From Takakia lepidozioides (taxonomy: Eukaryota; Plantae; Bryophyta), in assembly GCA_030704615.1 (NCBI GenBank), contig CM060732.1:45136001-45200000 (forward strand): DNA of 64,000 bases, read 5' to 3'. The notes below the pieces were generated by a model that saw only the letters and a list, made by a program, of their open reading frames with translations, did not search any database and was not told the DNA's origin. Numbering within the stretch: the stretch's first letter is position 1; every line of letters starts with the position of its first letter. Of this stretch, positions 50,082 through 63,681 are shown in pieces. Made by a program: the position numbers and the translations under genes.

Positions 50082-53000
50082 TCTAGTTTCCAGCGAAGAT
50101 CAAGAACACGTAGCTGTCTGCATCCGCCAATGAAGATACAAAGGAGACTTTGTGGGCTTGCACGTCTCAGCTTAACTATATCAAAAAACAGACACTTGGA
50201 TCTGCATATCTCTCTGTTCTGCATCAAACCATACCATCCACACTCACTATGCTTGCTCCACCTTCCATCCTGGACAAACTTTATGGAAAGGTGAATTCAA
50301 TGAGTGCGGAGTTGGGGAACACAGAAAACCCGAGGACTCGACCGATGGATGGACAAACCAGAAAAGAAAGTAGAGAGATATCCACACAGCACCGCGATCA
50401 AGTAACCGATCGGTGATGTGTCCAGGTAGCCTACTATTCATCGCGATTCTTTGGAGCTCGCCGTCAAGACAGACGCAGCAAAGCACTGGAGAGAAAAGCA
50501 CAACAGTACAGCCTCCCTCAGTACAGTCCCGTCGAGTCCCGTCCTTACCTGAGACGTGTGGCAACCTGGTGAAGAAATAATGACTTCTGCTTCTGGGTAA
50601 AAGTAAGCAGCCCACAACGGCGCTGCCCTCTCACTATCTTTGGCTACTGGAATTCTGGCAACTGTATATTTAATCTTTCAGCACTCCCCCAAGGGAAAGG
50701 AATAGAGAAAGCCAAGCACTTCCCCAGCTGCTTTGCCGCCTAAATCAACACAATGTTATTATCACCGTCTCATGGCGGCAGGCTCTAAATTGACAGAAAG
50801 ACGAATGGTACTCAGTGTTAGAGAATCCATATAGTATCTCTGGGCCCACCTCCTGTTCAGTTTCTCATTGCAACATTTAATCCTTATCCTCAAATGCGAA
50901 GCTCGTGGAGCCATCATAATACGAAACAACAGATTGTTTAGAGAAAGGATTGGAAGGTCAACAGTTGTACATATTTGTTCTTCAGTGGCGCGATACCTCT
51001 ATCTTTGTTTACCTCTTCTATAGTTAGTAAGTGGGCAGATTGTGTTCGGCCCATGGTGAAATACTGGTCCGAGTAGTCCAGGGTTGGACTATTCTTGTCC
51101 CTCCCTAAGTAACTACCGTAGTGATTCAGCAGGCCATAAAGCTCCGCCCTGCAAGGCTTGGTGTCCCGAAAGTGCACAACACCTCAGCCTGCAACTCCGC
51201 CCTCCAAACTAAGAAACTACCGAGGCGACTGATTGACTTGCTAGATTGGGAGAAACTCGTGGATTTGAACATGGGAGAATCATGGGAATGTCTCGTTTTT
51301 GGCCCGACTCTGCCTGTTTCCACAAATCCGAGTGCTCTATCTTGACTACTCCAAATGCTAAATTCATAAGGATGTGGCTTGATGTCAGTAGAGAGGGAAT
51401 ATTATTAGTTCCTTTCTTCCCCACACTTGGGGGGGGGGGAGCTCCCGGCTACAGCTGGCGTCCTCTCTTTCTATAATAGTAAGGAGGATGCCAGGCGTCG
51501 TCTCTTTTGACCCCCTGAAAAGAAGAGTGTCTGGCTCCCAATTAGCTTGAAAAGCAATGGTTCCCAGGTGCAGAGACTCAGTTGGAAGACGCTTGTATTG
51601 ACTCTTGAGTCTTGACACACGCATTTCGGAGAATACCGGCACTTTCCATCTTCATCTCTCCTGCTTGCATTACCTTACCTTAGGCAGGCTCAGGGGACAG
51701 GCCTCATCAAGGGTGCCAGGATGGCAGCCAGGAACCGGCTGTCAGCAGCTGCCGTGGTTGTGTAGTAAATTGCCGCACGGCAGCGGCAACCTCGACAAAG
51801 GCGTGCCGAGCCTTGACTTATCTGACGTAGCTGAGCTGCAGGACCAGCAAGGGACCCCCCCACTTCCCAGCGTGCCAATGTGGGGCCTCGCAGCTGCCGT
51901 TGCAGTTAACGTATGAACAAGGCCTTGGGATCATTGAGTGTATTGCGTTATTGGCAGTACGAGACTCGGCACTGAAGCCGCTGGCAGCGGAGAGATGGGC
52001 GTTTGGCGTAATCTACTACGGTATACAGTGACGAAAGTGGAAAGATGCGGAGAGAGTATTGAAGGTCGTTTGATGTCTCTTGTCTCTTTATGTGTGGACA
52101 GTAAACGGTGCTTTTTGCTTTACTCTGAGTTCCGTGCACCTCCGAGACGTACGCGGCGAAGCGCTTGGCACTTTCGTTTTCTTTCCTCAACAGGGCAGTC
52201 GTTACCCGACTGATCCTGTTGATATCCAGATGGAACTATTAACTCTTAAAATGAGTTCGAAGCATGCCCACATGGGTGGTCATTACTGGATACTGCAATG
52301 AATTGCATTGACAGCTGCTCCGGCACACATAAGCGTGTGTGTGGGTGCTACTTCATGGAGCTCAAATTTGAATCAACCACTTCCTGTGTTCTCTGTTTTT
52401 CGTTCACGAGTTGTCAGTGACAGTCTACAGAGGAGAGAGAGATCGGGAACGGAGTTGGTGGAGTAAACGCTACAGTGCTTGGAATGCGGCTGTAGGATCT
52501 CCAAATCGAAATTCCGTCTCAGGAGAGAAAAGCTATTAATTGAACAAATACGCCTGCCAGTTGTAGGCACACAATGAGTTGATGGCCCACCAGGGTTGCG
52601 TGGTCCAAAGCTCGACCAGCGTTTGCCTACATGACAAGCTCGGGAGCCCTTCTTGTGGTTCCGTGAGCATCAGATTAGGATGATCCCAGTAGAATATGTG
52701 AAGGGTAGTGTGTAACTGGACACCGTGGATGTGAAAAGGAACGGCCCACCAAAAGCGAAGGAGCAAAGTGCAAGCGGTTAGAGAAAAGATCTGCCTTTGG
52801 AGGTGGGCCTGCGACGGAACATTTGAATCATGGCATCCTGCATGTCCACGACCCGTTGCCGCCTGCGCCGCCCTTTCACACCCAGCGCCCTCCCTCCTTG
52901 ACCGCCTCTCTTCTTGCCCCACTGTACATATCTATATGATTTCCATGAGTGTGTGTGAGCTCATCTCTCTCTCTCCCTCTCCCTACTCATCCACCCAAAC

Positions 53001-53614
53001 GTGAGTTCCTGCCAGACTCCAGTTGACTTGGCAATTGAACTTCTCATATGTAATGTCCCAAGCAACACTGCACAGAAACTGACACATATCTGGCCAGGGA
53101 AAGGGCCATAGTATCCAGTAGAAGGGTAGCATGGTTCCATGGAAACTCTGCTGCCCACTGTGAGCTAAGTACTACTTGACCTCACCAGTTGGTTTTTGGG
53201 AGAACATTTTTTTCAGCAGATAAGCAGACACCTTCCAAGTTCCCACCAATTCTCATCATTTTCAGAGTTATTTCCTTGCTAGTGAGGCAAGGATGGTGAG
53301 GCAAGGATGGGCAGGGCAAGGATGGGCAGCCCAAAATTTGACTTACAATTTTGCTACAGGTTACATCCATGGAGTATAGCAATTTGCAACTGTGAGTAGG
53401 TGGGGTTAGTAAAGTACTAAAAGCATTTGATGTGAGGAAATTCCAAGTGTTTTCAGATGAAATCCGGTCAGTTTGGAGGGTCAGCTCTCTGAGTCTGCCC
53501 GCTCCTCTAACAGCATAGATGGACAGAACCAGATGCCCCCAAGTTAACTTGAGGCAATATTCCATATATTTTGGGAATAAATCAATGGTGAATGAAAATG
53601 TGCTCAGGCAAAAA

Positions 53615-54035
53615 CTGTGGACCAAGACCATGAAACATCTGGTAGAGATCTTGGTCCCTAGATGCATATTCATATATTAAATATCGTAGGGACCCAAGTT
53701 AGTTTGCGTAAAGGGGACCAAGATCAAGACCAAGAAAACTTAAGATGAGGTGTGACACCTTCCATCACCTTCATCTTTGCCCCTCAACATTTGATACTGG
53801 ATTCTAACTGATGGTCACGATCATTTGAGAAAAATATATTTTATTGTCTCTATACTTGGTCCAAGGTCCAAGAATTGGTCGTCGAAGGTCCCCTAGACCG
53901 CCACACCTAGATGCCATGTCATTCCTAACTTTCTTGGTTTTGGTCCCTAGTGTAAAACCAATATGACCAAGAAAATGCACACGACCAATAGGACCAATTG
54001 CATTTTGCCAGAGTTGGTCTTGGTCTTGGCTCTAA
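53615..54035. repeat. Cluster of GACCAAGA/TCTTGGTC motifs in both orientations, probably a non-autonomous DNA transposon relic
   Basis: Many motif copies within 0.4 kb; no convincing TIR or TSD. Confidence 0.5.
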
Positions 54036-54419
54036 CAATATAACCCTATTACCTTGGATTAGTAGAGCAAACCTGAGCACTGCTAACAATTCTGCTCAGT
54101 CCGACCATCCTAATCCATGGTTGTTTAGGAATTTAGTATTATATCCGGTAAAGTTTCTTGTAAATTATGAAACCTATTTTGGAATTGAATATATTTGTAA
54201 GTCTAACAATACCTTAGAGTTTATTTGGCAAAAAACAAAAAAACAAATATATATATTTATATATCTATGATAGATTTGTTTCACGGTTCACCAGTGAAAC
54301 ATATGAGTGAATTGAATGTATTTGCAAAGTTTGGCAATACCACAAAGTTACTTAGGCTAATCCTTTGTGGATAATATTTTTAAGAGGACCTTTGACAAAA
54401 CCAGATTGACGGAACCTAC

Positions 54420-54552
54420 TAAGTTGGAGATCTAAGGTGCTTATATATTTTGGCGAAACCCAAGATATTTCACCAGCAAAACTTATTTGGAGATCTAATA
54501 TGTTTACCGATTTTGGCGAAACCCAATAGTATTTCATTGGCAAAAGCTATTT
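54420..54552. repeat. ~63-bp tandem duplication
   Basis: TTGGAGATCTAA...ATTTTGGCGAAACCCAA...TATTTCA..GCAAAA twice. Confidence 0.7.
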
Positions 54553-54828
54553 TTTGTCTCTGAAATTTTTGTTTTTGTGTGTTTTTAATAAAAGTAAAAT
54601 AAAACAAGGACAGATGTCCTCGATTGAATCATAGTAGGAATTAGTAATAAAGGAATGAGTGAATAATTAAAAGTAGTAATGGAGCCTATTTATGCATGAA
54701 GACCTAATGGAGTACAACCTATTACCCCGAATATGTGCTTGAACTCACGTGAGTGTATTCACAAGAATACCACTACTCAAGTAGTTGACCCTACGCACCA
54801 CAGTAGAATAAGAAATTATAAGAAAAAA

Positions 54829-54902
54829 TGACGTCAACTAAAGTTAGCGTAAATAAAAGCATTTTCCCTTTGTGATGCCAGCCTCTTGCGGTAGTAGGCT
54901 CT
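54829..54902 (-). repeat. Family C element, degenerate copy
   Basis: Shares AAGTTAGCGTAAATAA and GGCTCT with 46606-46667. Confidence 0.6.
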
Positions 54903-55085
54903 AAGAAGTTCTAGGAAATTGAAAACTATATTTTGTGTAATTCTGCTTCAGCGCCACATAGCTTAGTTGAACTACAATTCATAGTTAACCATCAAATAAA
55001 CAACAAAGCCCTTACTACCATCTTAGGGCATGTACTAACTACAAGATCAGGTCATACAACCATATGTATATATGACGTCCTAGAT

Positions 55086-55137
55086 AAGAGCCATTTTCTC
55101 TTGCGATACTACCTCCTTCAGAGGTGGGCTCTATAAA
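55086..55137 (-). repeat. Family C element core
   Basis: AAGAGCC..TTGCGATACT..CCTCCTTCAGAGGTGGGCTCTATAAAA. Confidence 0.7.
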
Positions 55138-58100
55138 ATAAGATATGCTTATTCTATGACAAGTTAGTCACTTTAGTCTTGCGTTTGTTTGGGACAAGAA
55201 CTGTAACTGATCTAATAGTTGTAAAATGTGGGGTATGAAAGAGTTTAGGGGTTGCACTATGTGGTAGTTTCAAGTTTTGCTTAAATATATCAATGATGTG
55301 GCTACGAGCGCCGTCTTGTACACCTACAATATCATCTAGTGTGGGGTGTTCACAATGCAGGAGAAGATGCACGTATTCACTTGGAGAGGTTCAATGGAGC
55401 ACATCATGCAATGTTTGTTGGGGTATAACGTAGGCCAGAATAGGTTTCGCCTTTGGTTACCCATGTGTTGTCCATATCGAAATCAGAGTATATGTTTGAT
55501 TTACGCATCACTTATCATGGCATTAGATATTCAAGATTGGTTGGATATATATATCTACATATAATGTCTGGTGGATGTCTTGACCATTTGCAGCTTGACG
55601 ACGAAGAGCAGCTGCATAGGACGTTCGCTCTCCCCCACGAAGATTGGAATTTTTGGAGTAGCCCATGTTCAGCATCTGGATCCCTGATGATGTCAGACGC
55701 CACTCGCCTAAGTCTTCTTTGCATATCAAGTGCCTCTTTTTGAATAGAATGCAGGCCAACTCCATACCCTCTGTGGGCGGTACCAAGGCCAATAGTGGAG
55801 AGTGAACATCCATCCGCTTGACCGTATCCTCCAGCCCCGTTGAGTGACAAATCTGTTTTCTTCCAAAAATCAACGCACATGCCTCCTCCTGAAACCTCTT
55901 GGAATCCAGCAGACACGCTGGAAGCAACTTCTTCAAAAGTTCGAAGCGCTCTACATTAGTGAGCTTTTCCCTTCGAAAGGAGGCGATCTGATACGTGTAC
56001 CTGGGAATCAGCCAGCACAAGGTTAACTTCAGCAATTCGCAAGACATGACCCGAAGAAGCCACCTTGCAAATTCGTTGTGCACCAGCTTGAGGGTTTTAC
56101 TCTGTCAATTCAGCTTCTCTGTCTCTCGTCTTAGCCTGTCCAGCTCCAACCTCATCACTCTCTCTCTCTCTTCTCTTGGTCTTTTCTAATCTCCGAGTCG
56201 TCCCTCTTTCTCTTCTCTTTGTCGCTTCCAATCTCTAAGTCACCACTCTTTTTCTTCTCTCTGTCTTCCAATCTCTGCATCACAGACTCGATATATTGTA
56301 AAGAAGATGTGGAGTATGAATATGTATATATTGGATTTGGTTTCTTATGCAATGAATGTATGCAGGTCTCGTATGGAAGCTACATCTGGAAACCTAGCTT
56401 TGGTAGGAGAGCCAGAAAGGATAATTGTGTATTGGGTCGTTTAAGGAGTGTGAAGTGGGTTGGATGGCTCCTACAAGCTGCGCTAATTGATCTACCACTT
56501 CATTGCCAATGATATATGTATAAAAGCGGAATTTGTGTATTTGTATGTGTATATTTATGGATGATGATGATTTAATAATGATAGTTCTCATGTTTTTTAG
56601 ATTCATGTGGTACATTTGTAAAGAGAGTTTATGGTTTTGGTTTATGAGTAAATTTTGAGAGACACTAGTAGGAATCATGTCCGTTGGAACCGGAGTCTAT
56701 GAGCCTGGTTGTCCAAAAGCACTCATTGTGCGACTGCAAGTCACAACAAACAATTTTCTACCATAGACGTGGCATTGAAGAAAGTGTCGTGCACCACTCC
56801 GGGTTGGGCGCCGATTTTTTGGCTGTTTAATACAGAAAATGGAAATATATTTGGAACTTTGAAAATAGCGAGTTGTTTAAACTATTTGAGTTGCGACTAC
56901 CAAATTACAATTTTGTGTTTAAAGACTTGTTGTTGTGTGTTTCACAGTGGGGCAAAAATGGAGGTCATTTTAACCACTCGTTTGACGACTACCGTATATG
57001 AAATATTCTCATTGCATGATTAACGAGGATGATTACTCCGTCACTGCTTCATGAACCTATTGAAAATGGACCAATACAAAACTACCACCTCATCAACGTG
57101 GTGAATCTAGTAATCTTCACGTATTATGCTCTAACTCATTTTTTTTTCTTTTCTTATATTCCATCACGAGTGTGCCTGGCATAGCTCCATGTCCTCGAAA
57201 ATGGTGTCTATAAAGCCAATATGTAGGTTTTCCAAGCAGGGGAGGTATTGAGACAGTTCCGGGATGTAGGGTGGAGACAAATATGATCATACCTGTATGG
57301 TGGTTACATATGCGACTACGTCGTCGCATATGGTAGACGGGCTTAACCACTAAGGTGAATCAATTGAAACTAGGGTAAGTGATATGTTGCGCGGTTGAGG
57401 GGTGGGAGGGCATGTAAGACATCAAGGATTGCCATGAGTTTTGCACGTAGGATGTTTTGGCATCTTGGGAGGCGGCTATAATTCCTTTGTGTTGATATTA
57501 CACGGCGTGTTATAGGCTGCATGTGCATCTTTTAGGATCCATCCGTATAGATGCATTCTAGCGGGTTGTATTTTAAAGTGGAGAAATTATCATACTCTTG
57601 GATACTTAGTATATGAGATGAATATAATGCAGCCCAAAAGTGGTCGAATGAGAGTCATTTGCCATGGTTTGTGGGAAGTTAATTTGAGGGTATTGTGGGA
57701 AAGGTGTATAGACAGTAGAGCTGTAGGTCCAAATAGGCTTTTTATTACTTCACTTAATTGCTGAAAGAATGTGGTGGATATGTGTGGATCATTTAAATAG
57801 TGGGACACATATGAGTTTAGCTAGTGAGAATTTAGTGTATTTCATATAATTCGGCAAGGGCGTGATATGGAAGGTATAACTGTCTATCTATGTCAAAAAC
57901 AGGAAGTGCTACTCATACCTCACACTTCTCTTTATCTCTGATGTTTGCATTTGCTGTACTTCTCCACAAGGGGAACGTCATACTCTATGTGGTCTCGAAA
58001 TTATAATATCACAATGTCTCAAACCAATCTACCACAAACTTATAAGTTCTACAAGAGTGTTGTAATTCCTTACATTGTAACTTATATGCATGCTTAGAGA

Positions 58101-59419
58101 TGTATATCTGAAAGCGATAGCAAACACGAAAGCCTGCGACTCACCTCATACATCCTCACTAATCCACATTGGCTTGTGGTGCTTTTCGGACGGGTAGAGG
58201 TGAGGGCTCCTCGGTTGTCATATGCTCCTAAGCTATGCAGTTGTTGCCGCTGGTTTTGCTTGTTGGTGTCGAAGACAAAAACAATTGAAATCTTGAGACA
58301 ACACATGACTCTCCATCGACAATGGTACTATGGAAAAAACTTAGGAAGTGACACATCACTTATGCTTCACTAGATAACTCTGACCTCCTTATGGTGAACT
58401 AAATTCTACTAATGGCCTTGGAAGCCTAAGTGATAGAAGACACTGAGATTATATACTGATATGTCGATGAACTTCAAGGACTATGCAGTATGGAGTTTGC
58501 TTTCCCTAAAGTTTTCAGTATATGAAACTGAGTTGTTTTATAATGTTAGTAGGTTTCCTGTTTAATTTAAAGATCCACATTATGTGGCATGTTTTAAGTG
58601 ATGCCATTATCTTACCTAGATAGTAGCTACTAAGCTACTTAGCTTACTGGATTATATGTCTTAATAAAGTGCCATGTCGTTTGCAAAATGGTTTTAATTC
58701 CAAAGAAAAGGAGATTGATGACTTTGACTACTTCAAAACTGAGTCGAATGTGCTGGATATCATGTTGCATAAAAAAAAGCTATCTCTACTTATATGAGGT
58801 ATCTCTTACAAGAGTTATGCGAAGTTGGAACACCATACATGGGTGTATGTTTCTCCTTCTAGCTCGATTTACTGATGTTTTAGTTATCTTGGCAACATGG
58901 AGAATTATCTCCATATAACCAGAATCCCACCACCCACCCCGATCACCCTTGTGAATTAAAATATTTTCATCTAGATGTGATGGTTATTCACTACAAAAAA
59001 GGGACTGAAAAGGTGACTTATGGTTCAACAAACATGTAGTCTACCAATAGATTTGCATCATGCATTTGTCTCTTCAAAATGTCTAGTGGAAATCTTTTGT
59101 GATGATACTAGACAAGAGTGAAATATTGTTATATCAACAAATACATGGTACATGCAAGCCAATGTAAGGTTCATGTTCCAAATAATGGTGTGAGTCTTAC
59201 AAACTTGTCAATTTCAGATCATTCTAACCCATCCAGTTTGAGTCTATAGCCTTGAGTCAGTCCCAGTCAGTGTTCCATACTCTAATTTCATGCAAATAAT
59301 GTATAGATTAATTCTGTTATTGCTACCCACCTCATTCTATAAAATGCCCATAGGTTGGTGTCAGTAACTACTATGACCCATTGCTATTGCCTACTGTATT
59401 TTCCTTAAAACAAATGACA

Positions 59420-59610
59420 CGAAAAGCAGCAAACTCTAACATACAAATATATTTCATCCAGCTGTTGCAATACATTTAATCCAACACCAAAATTGCACAT
59501 ACTTCTTTTGTAAACTTGACACAAAAAGCAGCAAACTCTAACAAGCAAATATCTTTCATCTTGTAGCTGCAGTAGATTTCTTGCAACACCAAAATCGATG
59601 TATTCCATCA
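59420..59610. repeat. ~102-bp diverged tandem duplication
   Basis: AAAAGCAGCAAACTCTAACA...TTTCATC...CAACACCAAAAT twice. Confidence 0.7.
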
Positions 59611-59645
59611 AGAAAGAGAAAGAAGACTCTGGCCACGGTGTAACG

Positions 59646-59700
59646 AAGAGCCAGTTCGCCTTGCAGCTGCAGCCCTCTTTCCGGGGTGGGCTCTATAAAA
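59646..59700 (-). repeat. Family C element core
   Basis: AAGAGCC..TTGCAGC..CCTCTTTCCGGGGTGGGCTCTATAAAA. Confidence 0.7.
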
Positions 59701-60833
59701 GGAGAAAACAAATAGTGCCAGTGAGTACCGGAGGTACCTAGGGTATACAAGTCATCCAACGACAATCGTCACGTGAAAAGTTGGTCCTGTGACAAGTAGG
59801 GTGGAGAAACCATTGTGTACTCTTTGCCTAAAGGGCAAGACCAACAAAGGTTGACCATAAATTTGGTCTATCAATCTTTAAAGAGCGGCTAAAACAAATG
59901 TGGTCTCTCTCTCATCACATTTATTAGTGCTCTCAATGGTATGGTATAAGTTGACATACCATCCAACTAATTATGATACATAGAACAAAAATCTCAATTC
60001 ACTAATTATTTGTTCTCAAATTGTTTGTCAATTCAAAAGGAGTTGTATGTTGCTCGGACATCCAATTATCGATAACCAGATTCAATTCTTATTGTTTTGA
60101 AAAGAGGGGAAGTATCCCTCAGAAAATTTATTAAAAGGAAAAAAAATTAAACCCCAAGGGCCATGTGAGCTTGGCTTGCTGCTCCCAAGCTGCCAGTTAA
60201 ATCCCCTGCTGCACTGGGAGGGTGGGGAGCGCTCCCCAGAATTAATTGAAACACTCCTAAGATAATGCACTTAATGCCACCTCATACAATTCCATTGTTT
60301 TCCATGGTCACTTGTTCATCCATTGTTTTTCATCACTTTTTATACAACCAAGGTGTTACTTGGGGATGGTTTTGGCAGTGATGCCTCGTCTCCTCCAACA
60401 AAGAAAGGGGTTACTCGAAATGATGGGGACCACATTGAGCATATGTGTTTAAAAACTGTCCACAGGCTACAACAAGATTGCTTTCCAAATGGAACTCTTC
60501 GTCATCATCAGGTGGGTGTACCATATGGTCTCCCTCTACTGGGTGGCAACCTCACAATACGACGACAGCTTCCTACTGAGGAACCATCCCCACAGGGTAC
60601 CAGGTACAATTGTCTGCTTTCTTTCATTCTCTTTTGGCCCACAGCTGACCCAGCTGGGTTATGCTGTCATGCTGTACAGAAACTTGATAACGTTTGAGTC
60701 TGAAAACTGGACTCTCTGCACATATTCGAAAGCTGAATCAACCAGTTCCTCAGATGCATACCAATTGTATATAACCTATCTTAGCATTGCTGGCAGGGAA
60801 CTTGGGAAAGTTTGATTTTCAGGATAGCTGCTG

Positions 60834-63681
60834 TCAATCATCTTGTATGGCTGAGAGAAGGGGTGCATTGCTAGGAATTTTGAGCACAAGCTTACTAAAA
60901 TCCCAACCCTGCTCCTGCAGCTCATCTAGAAATGCATCAAAGCATTGCTCCATTGTGTGCACGCTTTTACTCAATTCCCGTCTTTGGTCCTTGAAGTTGT
61001 AATTACTTGTGGCCTCAAAGGATGCTACAAGACCACTCTTACCAGCACCCCTTACTGGTTCTGACCTAGCTCGAGTATCCTGTCGCAACAGCCAGCATGC
61101 TTGCCATAGACCCCGCATCAGGGTTGTGCTGGTTGCTCCTTCCTGCAGACACAACAAGGGTCCAAAATGCTACAAGATTGAACAAATTTCGTGTCCAGGC
61201 ACTATTGAAGGAAGCAGCTGTCAAACAATACCAATTCCTCCAGGATAAAAAGGAGGCTGTACCAACCAGCAATTCATGGAAAGGGAAGTACCAGAAACAC
61301 CAGATGCCCATATTCATGAAGCAACTCAGTCATTAAACTGAAAGGTTAACACCCACTAACAGCAGAAAGTTTCATGGCAATCAATACCAGATGCATGGAC
61401 TTCCAAACAAGAGGGAGCATATGAGACCTTGAAGAGGATGCGAGCTTCTAAACTATGAAGAACAGTTGGATGCAAAACCAGTAGGTAGTTCTCCACCTGA
61501 TACAGGTCCAATAACTCCTCCACCTGACACAAATTAGCATATCGTATTAGCTCACAGAGCTACCCAAACCCCATTCTCATTGTAACTAAAATGATAGCAT
61601 ATGAAGCATTCTTTTTTCACACAATACAACGTGTTCTTATTTTCAAGAAAGGAAGATACTATATGCACCATACCACATACTGGGGATCTCAAGGCAGAAC
61701 AATGAAGTGGAGAGCTCCGTATCAGGGGTTACTATCATTATTTATTCTTAAGAATCAGGAGGGTCCTTAGTTTTCTCACCTCAAGTGCTGAAGGTTGGGG
61801 TCCAAGTAGGTCCTGCAGAGAGCAACCAAGATGAACACGAGGCCACATCAAGGGCCGGGGCACCAAGAGTTGTTCTGTAAAATTGCATTCCTCACACCCT
61901 GCCACAGCAACCCAGATCTCTAGCCTCATAAGAAGCTGTTATCATTCAAGGTTTGTATTGCAAATGGCTTGTATGTTATGAGTATGCAAAAGAAATTTGC
62001 TTGTGATGCTCCTAAGTGCAGGTGTATACGAAACTTCGTGTACCCATGTAGACTCCTCACTAGTGACATAATTTTAGCAGCCAGCCTCAACCTTGTGCAA
62101 CCACGTTCCTTTTAGGCTACAAAACCCTGGCCTGATGGCAGGATGCAATAACATTTTGTTCACAGTTCAGACACGGGTTTGGGATAGATAGGCTTACCTG
62201 GAACTGGAAGACCTGCAATATGTGCCTCAATTAAAATGACAGCTCGCTTATAATTAATCTGCAAAGGTTCACACATTGCATGGTTTTACCTTTCCACCAG
62301 AAGTGATGGGATGCAATTTGATTACAAGCTGACACATGCTCAATAGTGTTTTCATTTCACAGAGCATGACTTCAAGCCCTCTAAATCTGAATGCTTTCGA
62401 ATGAACTTCCAATTAGCACAGAAGACGGTCTGCAGCTCTTACCTTCTACAAACACACCAAAGAGATCAAGAGCCAGGATTAAACTCCGAAACTAGGGTGA
62501 TCAAATGACGGGCCACATACTGTAGGAAAGCGCAGAATTGCAAGTGATTGATAACGGAGCCACAGGTGCAGCAATCTGATGAATGCCCACGTTGTCACTA
62601 GCTCCCAGTAAGATGTTGATATCCCTGGGGAACCCTGCATGTAATTGGCTATCAGACTTTCAGTACCAATCCATTTATTAGTTTCCCATTGCAGTGAGGT
62701 CACGTGCCAGCACGAGCCACTTACGACTCCATTGCATCAACAAAGAAAGAAACGAAGAAACTTAACAGTGAGAGAGTCTCAAAACTCACAAGGAGCAGCA
62801 CACCCAGTCCAAGACCGACGAGTTGAGCAGCAACACCCCAGACCTCCTCCTGCGGGAATGTATGAAGATGAATGTACATGGCCAATAAATAATGTGGATT
62901 AAACTAAACAACGGACTTCAAATTTCGTCTGATGGATTTTGTCTTGATAGCTCATAGAAGCCACAGGTTTGGAAACCGAATGTAGACAAAGAGGACCTCC
63001 TCATAGGCTTTCCTGTGGCTGATTAATGACTCTCTGGCCACTTCACTGTATAAAGATATCCAGAATGCATGGTGGAGAGTTCGTCATTTTATTTTGAACA
63101 ATGTTTTACCTTGGCAGCAACATCTCCCACATTTTCTGCTACTGCAAAATGATTCTGAATCACCCGGAAAGAGGGGTCCTTAAGACCCTTTGCTATTGCC
63201 TGCATGCCAGGTTCACAGAGATCAACCAATGCATTTAATGACAGCTAGACTAAATGTGAAGAAGTACACATCAAGTTTATGAAACTATTAGTGCTCTGCA
63301 ATGATATGCCCAATTGGTGTGGAGGTGGACGCTCGAGGAGTGTCCTGTGGGCAAGAGATCCCTTGTGCTTTCGTGACAAACACTACTCTTTTTGAGCCCA
63401 TTCCCTCTATGCAGACTACTCACCGCTTCTGAGAAACCTTGACTCGACTTCGCATGTCATGCATCTTGTAACACTTATGTCCCTACTTGGCCAACAAGGG
63501 ACACCCATACCATCACAATACAGTGGATGAACTCTTTTTCATAGATTGAAACACCGTAACAAGATGCCTCAGAGAAAAGGGGAGGCAAGACCACCGTGTT
63601 TTGCTTGCCTTGGCGAGATTTCCTAACGATGCCAACAGCAGGAAATTCCCAGGGGCAAGTGGGGTACTGAGCTCAAATATA
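60834..63681 (-). CDS. RUS5: RUS5-like paralog, copy 2; 3' exons only, the gene continues past the right edge
   Basis: Exons SIFELSTPLAPGNFLLLASLGNLAK (63681-63609), AIAKGLKDPSFRVIQNHFA..AAK (63199-63110), EEVWGVAAQL (62849-62790), INYKRAVIL and LMRGLWQACWL...SAIQDD*. Confidence 0.9.

Noticed and set aside
50930-51700. Possible gene from ORFs 50938..51177 and 51385..51642
   Set aside because: No recognisable motif or consistent exon chain; left unannotated.
51720-51790. GC-rich hairpins as a pre-miRNA
   Set aside because: Stems are only about 9-10 bp and I recognise no conserved plant miRNA.
52187-52222. 15-bp hairpin as a Helitron end or terminator
   Set aside because: No CTRR terminus follows, it is single-copy, and nothing else supports it.
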